From positions 61,368 through 125,367 of the forward strand of contig JALRIK010000001.1 in the NCBI GenBank assembly GCA_023255435.1: DNA of 64,000 nt. The letters run 5' to 3'. Origin of the DNA: Marivivens sp. (GTDB lineage Bacteria > Pseudomonadota > Alphaproteobacteria > Rhodobacterales > Rhodobacteraceae). Of the stretch, positions 20,637 to 32,661 are shown piece by piece. Numbering within the stretch: position 1 is the first letter of the stretch; every line of letters begins with the position of its first letter. The notes under the pieces are model-generated. The model did not search any database. It saw only the letters and a list, made by a program, of their open reading frames with translations, and was not told the origin of the DNA. Both the position numbers and the translations under genes were made by a program.

Positions 20637-21695
20637 ATGACAATTCACGAGGCATATCATGCTGCTGTCGCGACAGGGACGATCACGTCCGATCCCGCTC
20701 AGCTTTCGGTGCTTGATGATCTTGAACGTGTCCGCGAAGAGTTGTTGCGCCCGATCAAACGGGGGCTCTTCCGCAAGAAGCCCGAACCCGTAAAAGGGCT
20801 CTATCTTTGGGGTGGCGTAGGGCGTGGTAAGTCCATGCTCATGGACCTTTTGTTCAATACCGTCGACGTTCCAAAGGAACGCAGCCATTTCCACGCCTTT
20901 ATGCAGTGGGTCCATTCGGAAATGAACCTCGCGCGCAAGCGTGGCGTCGATGATGCGATCAAACCTGTCGCGGACGATCTTGCCTCCCGTGTCCGTTTCC
21001 TTGCTTTTGACGAAATGCAGATCACCGATATCACCGACGCGATGATCGTCGGGCGTCTTTTTGAAAAGCTTTTCGAGGCAGGCGTTACCGTTGTGACGAC
21101 ATCGAACCGTGTTCCTGATGACCTTTACAAGAATGGACTGAATCGCAATCTCTTCTTGCCCTTTATCGAGCTCATCAAAGAAAAGCTCGAGGTGCGCGAG
21201 CTCGCGAGCAGGACTGACCACCGTCAGGGGCGACTTGCTGGTGAAAAGACATATTTCGCGCCGAACTCACCCGAGGCGCGTGCCGCGATCGCATCTATTT
21301 GGAACGATTTTACCCAAGGCGAGGCAAAGCCGTTGGTGCTCCGGATTAAGGCCCGCGATGTAGAGCTTCCCGGCTTCTATAACGGTGTGGCCCGCGCTTC
21401 GTTCTTTGACCTGTGTGGCAAGATGCTTGGGCCCGCGGATTATATCGCAATCGCCGAAGCCGTTCGGGTGCTCATTTTGGAAGATATTCCGCGTCTGAGC
21501 CGTCATAACTTCAACGAGGCCAAGCGGTTCGTTACGTTGATCGACGCGCTCTACGAGGCCAAGGTCCGGTTGATCTGTTCCGCTGCGGATATTCCCGAGC
21601 GGCTTTACGTCGAGGGGGAAGGCGCCTTCGAGTTCGAGCGCACAGCCAGCCGACTGCGCGAGATGCAGGGCGCCGACTGGGGCCGCGAGGAATAA
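20637..21695 (+). CDS. zapE: AFG1/ZapE family ATPase
   Basis: KGLYLWGGVGRGKSMLMD, HFHAFM, FDEMQITDI, TTSNRVP, RFVTLIDALYE. Confidence 0.95.
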   Translation: MTIHEAYHAAVATGTITSDPAQLSVLDDLERVREELLRPIKRGLFRKKPEPVKGLYLWGGVGRGKSMLMDLLFNTVDVPKERSHFHAFMQWVHSEMNLARKRGVDDAIKPVADDLASRVRFLAFDEMQITDITDAMIVGRLFEKLFEAGVTVVTTSNRVPDDLYKNGLNRNLFLPFIELIKEKLEVRELASRTDHRQGRLAGEKTYFAPNSPEARAAIASIWNDFTQGEAKPLVLRIKARDVELPGFYNGVARASFFDLCGKMLGPADYIAIAEAVRVLILEDIPRLSRHNFNEAKRFVTLIDALYEAKVRLICSAADIPERLYVEGEGAFEFERTASRLREMQGADWGREE

Positions 21696-21719
21696 AAAGG
21701 CGACCTTTTGGTCGCCTTT
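21696..21719. terminator. Bidirectional terminator between zapE and the LysM gene
   Basis: AAAGGCGACC-TTTT-GGTCGCCTTT. Confidence 0.75.
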
Positions 21720-21722
21720 ATT

Positions 21723-22607
21723 TCACGAAATATCGGGGATGATCAGACGCTGGCCCGTCTGGATGCGATCAGGGCTCGAAAGAATCTGGCGATTTGCTTC
21801 GAAGATGCGCGGATAATGCGCGACCGAGCCATAAAACTTGATGGCGATTGACCCGAGACTGTCGCCCGTACCGACAGTATAGAAGCGATACTGTTTCGTG
21901 TCGGTCGCGGTTTGGACAACGCGAACCTCGACACCTGTGCCATCACCGATCGGGACGTTGGGAACTTCTGGCGCCGCGCCTCCGGCAAGGGTCTGAGCAT
22001 CCGCAACGATCGAAGCAAGTAGAGTCGCCGTATCCACTTTGCCGTCCGAGGTGACAAGGATCGCAGGAACCGCGACTTCACCCGTTACCGCGGCTTCGTT
22101 CAAAAGAGCGTCGATATAGGCATCCGATTGGCCTTCTTTGAGGGCCTGCGCTACGAGCGATTGGAGACCCGTGGCAGGGCGAGCAACCTCTTGGGGTTTG
22201 CCCGTGACGCCGTTGATACCCGCAAGGATCGAGGCAGTGACGTCCTGAAATTCGCCGCCGTCCGTGACGGTCGTATCGGCATTCTGCACCCCGAGCGCAG
22301 CAAGCACTGCGGCGGAAGTTTCTGCCAATGTCGAATTGTCGGTCTTGATCTTTTGCTCCGGCTGGACGCCGCCACCCGTAGCAGCCAGAATTTTGGCTGC
22401 TGCGCTGTTGCCCATCGGTGCGGGTGCCGCTGCTACCGCGAGCGCTGTCGGGTTGGCGTCCTGCATCAGCGAAGAGATCGTCGCATCAGTTGCCGCACGC
22501 GTGACCTGAGCTTCGGTCGGGGTTTCCTCCGAGCCGAAAGGCATGAAGATGATAACGCCACAAACAGCGATGGCGAGGGAGACAAAGGCAAGGACTAAAC
22601 GGATCAT
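21723..22607 (-). CDS. Membrane-anchored protein with C-terminal LysM domain
   Basis: N-terminal TM, Ala/Thr-rich linker, YTVGTGDSLGSIAIKFYG...IFEAN...PDRIQTGQRLIIP. Confidence 0.9.
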   Translation of the reverse strand: MIRLVLAFVSLAIAVCGVIIFMPFGSEETPTEAQVTRAATDATISSLMQDANPTALAVAAAPAPMGNSAAAKILAATGGGVQPEQKIKTDNSTLAETSAAVLAALGVQNADTTVTDGGEFQDVTASILAGINGVTGKPQEVARPATGLQSLVAQALKEGQSDAYIDALLNEAAVTGEVAVPAILVTSDGKVDTATLLASIVADAQTLAGGAAPEVPNVPIGDGTGVEVRVVQTATDTKQYRFYTVGTGDSLGSIAIKFYGSVAHYPRIFEANRQILSSPDRIQTGQRLIIPDIS

Positions 22608-22622
22608 GACAAATCCCTCGCT

Positions 22623-23258
22623 TTATTGATTGGGAACAATGGTCGAAAGCCCAAGACCGAGCCAGTCCTGCATTCCGCCGCGATAATATTTGATCCGCTC
22701 TGCAGGATAGCCCGCATCGAGCAATTCGGTGATCGCGCGTGGCGATTGCCCACACCACGGACCATTGCAGAAAAGCGCGAGTTGAAAGGCAGAGCTGAAA
22801 TCAAGTGACCCACCTGCATCCTTGGCACCAAGTGCCTTGAGAATATCGGTCAGGTAGGGGTTGTCTGTGGATAAGGCAGAGAAGGGGATGTTCAATGCCC
22901 CAGGGATCGTGCCTTTGACGTAAAATTCAGGCAGGCGCGCATCAACGAGAAGCCCTGTGCCGCCTGCGACCTCGTTTTCAAGAAAACTGAGGATCTCGAG
23001 TTCGCCGTAGGTTTCGACACCTTCTGCTACGGAAATGGGTTGAACGCAGAACGGCGGACAGCTGCGCGAGGTTTTTGTGAACTCGGCTTCGAGCGTCGCG
23101 TTTTCATCCTGATTTCGTTCAATCGTATACGACTGACCGTTGAGCACAAAGCTCACGCTGGCCTTGTCCTCTGTAATTTTCACTGTCTGTGCCGACGTTC
23201 CCGATGCAAAAGCAAAAGTCACTACGGCTGCGATCAACGCGCCAATACGCACCATCAT
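22623..23258 (-). CDS. Exported single-domain rhodanese-like protein
   Basis: Signal peptide, LVDAR, GTIPGALNIP, FCNGPWCGQS loop, YYRGGMQDW. Confidence 0.88.
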   Translation of the reverse strand: MMVRIGALIAAVVTFAFASGTSAQTVKITEDKASVSFVLNGQSYTIERNQDENATLEAEFTKTSRSCPPFCVQPISVAEGVETYGELEILSFLENEVAGGTGLLVDARLPEFYVKGTIPGALNIPFSALSTDNPYLTDILKALGAKDAGGSLDFSSAFQLALFCNGPWCGQSPRAITELLDAGYPAERIKYYRGGMQDWLGLGLSTIVPNQ

Positions 23259-23580
23259 CTGCTCCCCCAAGCAAATTGCACCACATATTGACTGCAACGC
23301 TGGCGGCAGTGGTGCTTTGGTTTTCTTATACAGGTTGTAGTATGGAACGAATCGGCAAGTCAATTTCCCAATCCTATGTCCGAGGGAAATGACAGTGAGG
23401 CGAGCCACTATTATTATTCGCTCGCCCCGCCGCCCTGCCAAAGAGGTGTCGGGGGCTGATTTGCCACCGCAAACTTGATCCAAACATAGGGATAGGGGTG
23501 ATTCGCGGTCAAGAGCCTTCGATTCGCAAAATGCGAATCAAACGCTCTCTTTCGTATCGAAAAGGTGGATTGCCAAAGAA

Positions 23581-24858
23581 CTAGCCGTTTTCGCGCAGAA
23601 CCCCGCCAGCAAGATAGAGAGAACCGCAGATCAAAATCCGACAATTCGCATCTTTGGACGTGATGTCGTTGATCGCGTCCAGAACGCTGTCGGCGGTTGT
23701 TGCCGTCATCCCGACAGCGAGTGCCGCGTTACAGGTTTCTTGGGCGGGGAGCGTGTTCATTTCGCCAGGGATCGAAACGGCATGAAGGCTCTGGGTCACT
23801 TTCGCAAGGGGGCGAAGATAGCCTGCAATGTCCTTGGTGTTCAGCATCCCGCAGATCATATGGGTCGGCTTTTCGGGCATTCGCGCAAGTGTTGCGGCGA
23901 TGGCTTCGCCACCTGCTGCATTGTGCCCACCATCAAGCCATAGCTCGGCGCGCCCTGCCGCATCGACCAGCGGCCCATGCTTGAGCCTCTGCATGCGAGC
24001 GGGCCACTCGGCCTTGGTGACACCTGCCTCGCAAGACGCATCATCCATTCCGAGGTGACGCAAAGCCGCAAGCGCTGCGCCCGCATTCTGGATCTGGTGG
24101 GGGCCGGGGAGATTGGGTAGCGGCAAGTCCAACAGACCGCGCTCGTCCTGATAGATCATGCGTCCGCGCTCTTCGCCGATATGCCAGTGCTGGCCGAATG
24201 CGATGAGCGGCGCGCCCATCCGTGCGGCCTTGGCCTCGATCACATCCATTGCGTCATCAAGCTGGGGACCGACGACACAAGGCACACTACGCTTGATAAT
24301 GCCTGCCTTCGCGGCAGCGATCTCGCGAAGCGTTTCGCCAAGGTATTGCTGATGGTCGATCGAAACAGGCGTTATGACAGTGAGGGCAGGCTTTTCGAAC
24401 ACGTTGGTCGCGTCGAATTCACCTCCGAGACCGACCTCGAGAAGTGTGTAATCCGCTTTGGTTCTGCTGAACGCCAGAAGGGCGGCGGCAGTGGTGATCT
24501 CGAAGTAGGTGATGTTCGCACCGTTGTTGGAGCGTTCGCATTCATCCAGAATCTCGGTGAGATGCTTCTCCGAGATCAGCTCGCCCGCGAGTCTGATGCG
24601 TTCGTGAAACCGTGCAAGGTGCGGGGAAGTATAAGCGTGCACCTTTTTGCCTGCGGCTTCGAGGCCCGCGCGGATCATGGCTTGGGTCGAGCCTTTGCCG
24701 TTCGTGCCCGCAAGATGGATGATGGGCGGAAGCAGGTCTTGCGGATTGCCGAGCGCAGGCAAAAGCCCAAGCATACGGTCGAGCGTGAGGTCGATCACCT
24801 TGGGGTGCATCGACATCATCCGCGCAAGAATTACGTCGGACGCTTGGGGTTTCGTCAC
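23581..24858 (-). CDS. folC: Dihydrofolate synthase/folylpolyglutamate synthase
   Basis: [48 protein letters not shown]. Confidence 0.97.
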   Translation of the reverse strand: MTKPQASDVILARMMSMHPKVIDLTLDRMLGLLPALGNPQDLLPPIIHLAGTNGKGSTQAMIRAGLEAAGKKVHAYTSPHLARFHERIRLAGELISEKHLTEILDECERSNNGANITYFEITTAAALLAFSRTKADYTLLEVGLGGEFDATNVFEKPALTVITPVSIDHQQYLGETLREIAAAKAGIIKRSVPCVVGPQLDDAMDVIEAKAARMGAPLIAFGQHWHIGEERGRMIYQDERGLLDLPLPNLPGPHQIQNAGAALAALRHLGMDDASCEAGVTKAEWPARMQRLKHGPLVDAAGRAELWLDGGHNAAGGEAIAATLARMPEKPTHMICGMLNTKDIAGYLRPLAKVTQSLHAVSIPGEMNTLPAQETCNAALAVGMTATTADSVLDAINDITSKDANCRILICGSLYLAGGVLRENG

Positions 24859-25808
24859 TTCTTGGGTGCCTCTTCCTTGGCCTTCGCGTTGGGAGCGGGC
24901 ACCTTGTCCTCTTCGGTGGGAACGAGTGCGGGGGCGGGCAAATCGCCTTTGACCGCTGGTTCAAGCCCCAGCATCATGCGCAGGATCGTGACAAGCTCGT
25001 CCTTCAACTGGCCGCGAGGGGTTACGCGATCCAGCATACCGTGGTCCAAAAGATATTCGGCCCGCTGGAAGCCCTCGGGGAGCTTTTCGCGGATCGTTTG
25101 CTCGATCACGCGGGGGCCTGCAAAACAGATGAGCGCATTCGGCTCTGCGATCTGGATGTCGCCCAGCATGGCATAAGAGGCCGTCACACCGCCCGTGGTC
25201 GGATGGGTCAGAACGACGATATAGGGCAGGCCCGCTTCTTTGAGCATGTCGACCGCGATGGTCGTGCGGGGCATCTGCATGAGCGAAAGAATGCCTTCTT
25301 GCATACGGGCGCCGCCCGCAGCCGAGAACAGAACGAGCGGGCGCTTGGTTTCGACGGCGCGTTCTGCAGCAGCGATAATCGCGTTGCCGACATACATCGA
25401 CATTGAACCGCCCATGAATGAAAAGTCTTGGGCCGCAGCGACGATCGGAGTGCGGCCGATCTCGCCCTCGGCAACAAGCATGGCTTCTTTTTCGCCCGTT
25501 GATTTCTGGGCCGCGCGGTGGCGATCGGTGTATTTCTTCTGATCGCGGAATTTCAGCGGGTCCTCGATGGGTTCGGGAACCGCGATTTCCTTAAAGACCC
25601 CGCCGTCGAAGAGTGCTTCGAACCGCGCGCGTGGGCTGATGGGCATGTGGTGTCCGCAATTTGTGCAGACATTGAGGTTTTCGCTCAATTCACGGTGAAA
25701 GAGCATCGTCCCGCACTCAGAGCATTTCGTCCAAAGATTCTCGGGCACTTCGCGGCGCGAGAAGAGAGAGTTGATCTTTGGGCGGACGTAGTTCGTGATC
25801 CAGTTCAT
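24855..25808 (-). CDS. accD: Acetyl-CoA carboxylase carboxyltransferase beta subunit
   Basis: MNWITN start, zinc ribbon LWTKCSEC...[32 protein letters not shown]. Confidence 0.98.
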   Translation of the reverse strand: MNWITNYVRPKINSLFSRREVPENLWTKCSECGTMLFHRELSENLNVCTNCGHHMPISPRARFEALFDGGVFKEIAVPEPIEDPLKFRDQKKYTDRHRAAQKSTGEKEAMLVAEGEIGRTPIVAAAQDFSFMGGSMSMYVGNAIIAAAERAVETKRPLVLFSAAGGARMQEGILSLMQMPRTTIAVDMLKEAGLPYIVVLTHPTTGGVTASYAMLGDIQIAEPNALICFAGPRVIEQTIREKLPEGFQRAEYLLDHGMLDRVTPRGQLKDELVTILRMMLGLEPAVKGDLPAPALVPTEEDKVPAPNAKAKEEAPKK

Positions 25809-25958
25809 GCCGTAGCCTCTGACGTTACGAGAACCGAAATAAGCCGCAGCACGAAGAAATGCAATCAACCCTAGCTTCATTCGATAAAACGAAAGCAGGG
25901 TTGCACCGCGAAGTTGCACCGAATATCCCCCAAAACCAGTTGGGATGAGGAATGAACA

Positions 25959-26531
25959 ATGGGCTTTGAGCACAGGACGCGCATCGTCGCGGCTGTCGGA
26001 GTTTTGGGGCTTTGTGCTTGTGTCCAGATCGGTGGGCAGAAACCCGTGCAGTCATTGGCTCTTTTAGAGGATGCTGTGACGCTCAGCGCGCCGAGCGGCT
26101 ATTGCATCGATCTGGAGACAAGCGAACCCTCCAAAGGCTTTGCTGTTCTTGCAGGCTGTGGTTCGGTGATTGCCGATGTGTCGCGCAAGAACCCGCCCGG
26201 GATTGCAACCGTGCAGATCGGCGAAAAAGGAAGCGCGATTGTCGGAGATCAGGAAAGCGATCTCGTGACCTATCTCAATAGCGAGAGCGGTGCAAAACTG
26301 ATTGGAGCGACACCTGATGAAGTGTGGGGCAAGGACGGGATCGTCGGCGCGCATTTCGCGGATGGCGGTGATTTTCGGGTCGTCGGGCTTCAGGACAGCG
26401 AATGGCGCGTTTTCGTAGACAAGGGCGACAGGCTTGTCACAATCCGCCTGAGAAGCTCCTACCTCAATCCTGTGGGGGTTGACCGTGGGTATGCGATCCT
26501 GACCTCTATCGCGCAGGGGATCGAGGGGTGA
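25959..26531 (+). CDS. Putative lipoprotein of unknown function
   Basis: Lipobox-like GLCAC after a hydrophobic stretch; APSGYCID motif; GAGG upstream. Confidence 0.7.
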   Translation: MGFEHRTRIVAAVGVLGLCACVQIGGQKPVQSLALLEDAVTLSAPSGYCIDLETSEPSKGFAVLAGCGSVIADVSRKNPPGIATVQIGEKGSAIVGDQESDLVTYLNSESGAKLIGATPDEVWGKDGIVGAHFADGGDFRVVGLQDSEWRVFVDKGDRLVTIRLRSSYLNPVGVDRGYAILTSIAQGIEG

Positions 26532-26650
26532 TCGCGTTCACCGACAAAAATATTAACCCTTCACTGTTTCCTTTCTTGTAAATAATCACCAAGATACCGC
26601 CTTAGCGGGTGTAATTTGGAAACAATGAACTTCGGAATGGCAGGCAAGGC

Positions 26651-27424
26651 ATGAAGCGCAGAGGGTTCGGTCTTTGGGACGCGTTGTCCTATCGTTTTGC
26701 GCTTCGCCGTTGGAAAAAAGCCAGATCCAGCGCTCGGTTCGATGAACTCGATTTGCTTCGGAAGAACCGGTTTCGGGCGCGCCAGCTTCGTGATGAACTC
26801 GACCAACTTGTCGAGATTGCCGACAATCGACTGGCCCTGCCTCGGATCGGCTCGAATACCTTCACCCGTCCCAAGGGCACTGACTGGTCTTGGCGTCCGC
26901 AAATCTGGCGTGGTTCGCTGCGTCAACGAGGTGTGGTGAGCATTCAGAGTAAGACGATGATCGGGGACGAGGTTACGCTCTTTCACGATTGCCGCATTTC
27001 CGAATTGAATTTGCGCCAGCTTCGCAATCAGCGTGAACAGGATCTTGCGCCGTTCGGGCTCAGCATGGATGTGTTCCGTTTTGACGGATCGTTCCTGTCT
27101 CTTGCGGTCGACATTCCCGATGATGCCTGCGCGGGATTGAAAAAACGCCATCTCATCCGACTTGATACGATTATCGAGCTTGAAAAACCTCTCGAGATTT
27201 TTGCCCGCCTCAATATCCGTCACGGGCCGAACACCGAACAGATTGTCCGCGAGCTTCCGCTCCATCAGGACGATCTGGCTGTTGAATTCGACCTTGCCTA
27301 TACCAAGCTCAACGAAAAGAGAGTGGAACGCATGTGGCTCGATTTGATCTTCGAGGGACCCGAAATGAATCAGGTCACAATTCGCGATATGACCTTTAGC
27401 CGCTTCCCGCGTGCCGACCTCTAA
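26651..27424 (+). CDS. Conserved hypothetical protein (DUF6478-like, from memory)
   Basis: 257-aa ORF with DW.WRP..W, FHDC, F.FDGSFLSL, ARLNI.HGPNTEQ, EFDLAY segments. Confidence 0.75.
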   Translation: MKRRGFGLWDALSYRFALRRWKKARSSARFDELDLLRKNRFRARQLRDELDQLVEIADNRLALPRIGSNTFTRPKGTDWSWRPQIWRGSLRQRGVVSIQSKTMIGDEVTLFHDCRISELNLRQLRNQREQDLAPFGLSMDVFRFDGSFLSLAVDIPDDACAGLKKRHLIRLDTIIELEKPLEIFARLNIRHGPNTEQIVRELPLHQDDLAVEFDLAYTKLNEKRVERMWLDLIFEGPEMNQVTIRDMTFSRFPRADL

Positions 27425-27434
27425 GGGGGATCCG

Positions 27435-27812
27435 ATGTCAGATATTCAACTCACGAAACTCCAGCTGATCGAAGGTGTTTGGAGCGGCATCCTGAAAGGA
27501 CCTGCGCTCGGGGGGGATGTTCCCGATCTGCGGGTCACACATAACAATCTTGTCGTCGAGGGTGTCAAAGTCCAAGCCGATCCCGAAAACGACGGATGGC
27601 GTGTGACCATCCCCGTGCCGCTTGCGGCGATCTCGGACGGGGTCCAGACCGTCCTGATTTCCGATCCGGTCACGAATTTGGCGCTTGGTAATTTTACGCT
27701 GTTGGCTGGTGAGGTGTTCGACGACGATCTTCGGACCGAAGTGGGTCTTTTGCGGGCCGAGCTCGATCTCTTGAAGCGGGCCTTCCGCCGCCACTGTGTC
27801 GAAACGATGTGA
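27435..27812 (+). CDS. Hypothetical protein with C-terminal coiled segment
   Basis: GGGGGA SD; ISDGVQT and EVGLLRAELDLLKRAFRRHC segments. Confidence 0.75.
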   Translation: MSDIQLTKLQLIEGVWSGILKGPALGGDVPDLRVTHNNLVVEGVKVQADPENDGWRVTIPVPLAAISDGVQTVLISDPVTNLALGNFTLLAGEVFDDDLRTEVGLLRAELDLLKRAFRRHCVETM

Positions 27813-27865
27813 CCTGACGTGGCGTTCAAGGTGACGTGCGCGTAAACATCGCGCTATCTCCCTAG

Positions 27866-29896
<2,031 letters not shown>

Positions 29897-30015
29897 TTGT
29901 TTCCGTGCCCTGATCAAATCCCCAGAAAACCCCGATATTGTCAGGGCGAGGCCCAAGTCTCGCCCGATTTGATCCCGATAACCGTCCTCAATGAAGTCAT
30001 TTTGAAGGGACGATT

Positions 30016-30921
30016 ATGGATCGGCTCACGGAAATGGAGGCCTTCGCCACGGTCGTAGATCAGGGCGGGTTTACCGACGCAGCAAAGAAAATGGGGATCT
30101 CGAAATCCGCCGTTTCCAAACATGTGTCTGCGCTCGAAGCGCGTCTTGGCGCGCGTCTGCTCAACAGAACCACACGGCGTGTCAGCCCGACCGAAATCGG
30201 TCTTGCCTATTATGATCGTGCGCGCCGCGTGCTCAATGACGCAGGCGAGGCGGATGCTCTTGTGACCTCGATGCAATCTGCGCCTTCGGGCCTTTTGAGG
30301 ATCAGTGTTGCCACCGACTTCGGCGTCAATCATCTGTCTCCGGTCTTGGGTGAGTTCCTTCAGGAGTTTCCCGATATCACGGTGAACATGGTTTTGAATA
30401 ACCGCTATGTCGAACTTATCTCCGAAGGCTTTGATATGGCCATACGGATCGGCGAGCTGGAAGATAGCACTCTACGCGCCCGCAAGTTGACAGAAACCAA
30501 CAGGCGGATGATCGCGTCGCCATCCTATTTCCAAAAACACGGTCGACCGATGAAGATCGACGATCTGAACGAACACAAGTTGCTGCATTATTCCAATCAG
30601 GCCAATTCCGCCGTTTGGAAGATCACTGCGCCTTCGGGCGAAAAGCGTCAGGTCCGCACGGCGGGCTGGCTTACGGTGAACGATGGCCAATCGCTTTTGA
30701 ATGCCTGCATCAGCGGCCTCGGCATCGCTTATCTGCCTTCGTTCCTTTATGCCGATGCTATGGAAAAGGGTCTTGTAGAAGAGGCAATTCCCGACCTGCC
30801 GATCGACACCCAAGGGATATACGCGGTTTATCCGCCTGGGCGTTTTACGCAGCCCAAAGTCCGCGCCTTCATCGATTTCCTTGTCCACTCCTTTGCCGAC
30901 AAAGGACCGGACAATTGGTGA
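30016..30921 (+). CDS. LysR family transcriptional regulator
   Basis: HTH GFTDAAKKMGISKSAVSKHV..LE.RLGARLLNRTTRRVSPT; substrate-binding domain. Confidence 0.96.
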   Translation: MDRLTEMEAFATVVDQGGFTDAAKKMGISKSAVSKHVSALEARLGARLLNRTTRRVSPTEIGLAYYDRARRVLNDAGEADALVTSMQSAPSGLLRISVATDFGVNHLSPVLGEFLQEFPDITVNMVLNNRYVELISEGFDMAIRIGELEDSTLRARKLTETNRRMIASPSYFQKHGRPMKIDDLNEHKLLHYSNQANSAVWKITAPSGEKRQVRTAGWLTVNDGQSLLNACISGLGIAYLPSFLYADAMEKGLVEEAIPDLPIDTQGIYAVYPPGRFTQPKVRAFIDFLVHSFADKGPDNW

Positions 30922-30985
30922 CCGAATAATCAGTCCGTATCCGCCTACTGATTATGCCTCTGGGGCTCTCATCCCCACCGACTTT

Positions 30986-31012
30986 ACGCGGCCTTCGGGC
31001 CGCGTTTTTTTT
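30986..31012 (+). terminator. Intrinsic terminator after the LysR gene
   Basis: ACGCGGCC-TTCG-GGCCGCGT followed by a T run. Confidence 0.85.
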
Positions 31013-31925
31013 ATTCTGTGCTCAGCAAAATAGCTTCGACGCGGCGGTTCGCGGTGCGCCCTTCGTCGGTAAGATTGGTTGTCAGGGGCGCAAGATATCC
31101 CATTCCTTCGGCCTCGAGCTGCGCGCGGTCGGCGCCGTGATCGGTGACGAGACGTTCCAGAACGGAACCTGCCCGGCGCTTGGATAGGGAAATATTGCCC
31201 TCAAGCGATCCGGACGCATCCGTATGACCAACCAGAGCAATCCGACGGCCGGGATTTTCGGCAAGATATGCGGCGATTTCGGTCAAAGAGAGAAAGTCGC
31301 CTTGGCCGAGTTGGGCCGAGCCTGTCTCGAAACTAAGATCATCAAGCACGACATGTCCTTGGCTTTCCAGCTGTTCGGCTAGGCTTCCCGATACGATCTC
31401 GGGACCAACTGTTGCTTGTGGCGCGGGGATCGTCGTGGCGACATCGAAGTCTTCCTGGCCAAGATGGGTGAACTGCACGAACACCTCTCGGGCTGTGCGG
31501 CTCACGAAGAGCGAGACAGCTTCACTGTCTTGCCGCGCAGAGAGAAAGCGGAAATTGCCGATGGCCACCTGCATTTCGGGTGCACGCGCGACTTCGGTAG
31601 CAAAGCGGAAATCATACCCGCCGCAGTCCTCGGTTTCGCAGTCGAGCAAAATCTCCCAGCCTTGGGATACGAGCTGCTCTTTGATCGGGGTCATGATCTG
31701 GAACGGTGTCAGGCTGTTTGACGGGATGCGGAAAATCTGTCGGGTTACGCTCCCCTCAAGCCGCTCGGTCGGAAATCCCTCGTCACTCCAAGGTCCGAGC
31801 GGGAGTTCGTAACTGCGCATCTCGGTCAAGGGTTCAACGGATTGAACGGCGTTTGCAGGCAGATCAAGCGTCAACGCTCCGGCCTGAAGCGGTAACATCA
31901 ACAACAAAGGGACAAAGCGAAACAT
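31011..31925 (-). CDS. OmpA-like peptidoglycan-binding domain protein
   Basis: Signal peptide; C-terminal F.TGSA, VGHTDASG, NISLSKRRA, ANRRVE. Confidence 0.9.
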   Translation of the reverse strand: MFRFVPLLLMLPLQAGALTLDLPANAVQSVEPLTEMRSYELPLGPWSDEGFPTERLEGSVTRQIFRIPSNSLTPFQIMTPIKEQLVSQGWEILLDCETEDCGGYDFRFATEVARAPEMQVAIGNFRFLSARQDSEAVSLFVSRTAREVFVQFTHLGQEDFDVATTIPAPQATVGPEIVSGSLAEQLESQGHVVLDDLSFETGSAQLGQGDFLSLTEIAAYLAENPGRRIALVGHTDASGSLEGNISLSKRRAGSVLERLVTDHGADRAQLEAEGMGYLAPLTTNLTDEGRTANRRVEAILLSTE

Positions 31926-31944
31926 CAAATGCGAGCAATTCGTA

Positions 31945-32661
31945 TCAGGAAACAACGCGATAATGGTATTGCCCGACGATCTCCATTCCTAGTGAAGAAT
32001 AGAGCGCATTTGCGCCAATATTCGCCTGCGTGACCAAAAGTGCGAAATGTTCGGCCCCATTGTCGCGCGCCCAGAACCCCATGGATCGCATCATGTTACG
32101 GGCGAGCCCCTGTCTGCGGAACTGTTCCCGTGTCTCCAAGGCATGCAACATCGCGACGCCGTTCGACACGCCGACATAAGCCGTGCCTGCTGCCCGTTCG
32201 TCGATACGGCCCAAGAAAGTTGCCTTTGGGCACTGCGCGCGGTCCATGATGTCGAGCCGAGCTTGCCCGATGCCCCCCTCGGACCAGATTTCGCGCTGGA
32301 CCGCTACAGGGGGAAAGGCGACGAATTGGGTTGCCGCTCTGGGTCGCTCGGTCGCGATGAGTTCAATCGGAGCCACATAGAGGTTCACGGGGTCCTTGAT
32401 CACAAATCCGCGTTCTTCCAGCATATGGTCCAGTGCTTCTTGGTCTTTGCGGATCATGAAGATCGGGGTTTGCTGTAGCGCAAGCATGGCGTGGATCGCC
32501 GGATCAGGATTATAGTCTTGGGTGCGATCATGGGTCGCCGCGCTTACACGGCTGCCGCCGCCTTGACCCTCTCGGATCGTCCAATGGCCTAACGATTGAT
32601 ACGAGGCCGCAGGCCAGGTCGCATCGATAACGTCATAAAGGTCAAAGATATCGGGGGTCAT
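31945..32661 (-). CDS. GNAT family N-acetyltransferase
   Basis: ATWPA, GGGSRVSA, acetyl-CoA motif FRRQGLA, N.GANALY..LG. Confidence 0.88.
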   Translation of the reverse strand: MTPDIFDLYDVIDATWPAASYQSLGHWTIREGQGGGSRVSAATHDRTQDYNPDPAIHAMLALQQTPIFMIRKDQEALDHMLEERGFVIKDPVNLYVAPIELIATERPRAATQFVAFPPVAVQREIWSEGGIGQARLDIMDRAQCPKATFLGRIDERAAGTAYVGVSNGVAMLHALETREQFRRQGLARNMMRSMGFWARDNGAEHFALLVTQANIGANALYSSLGMEIVGQYHYRVVS

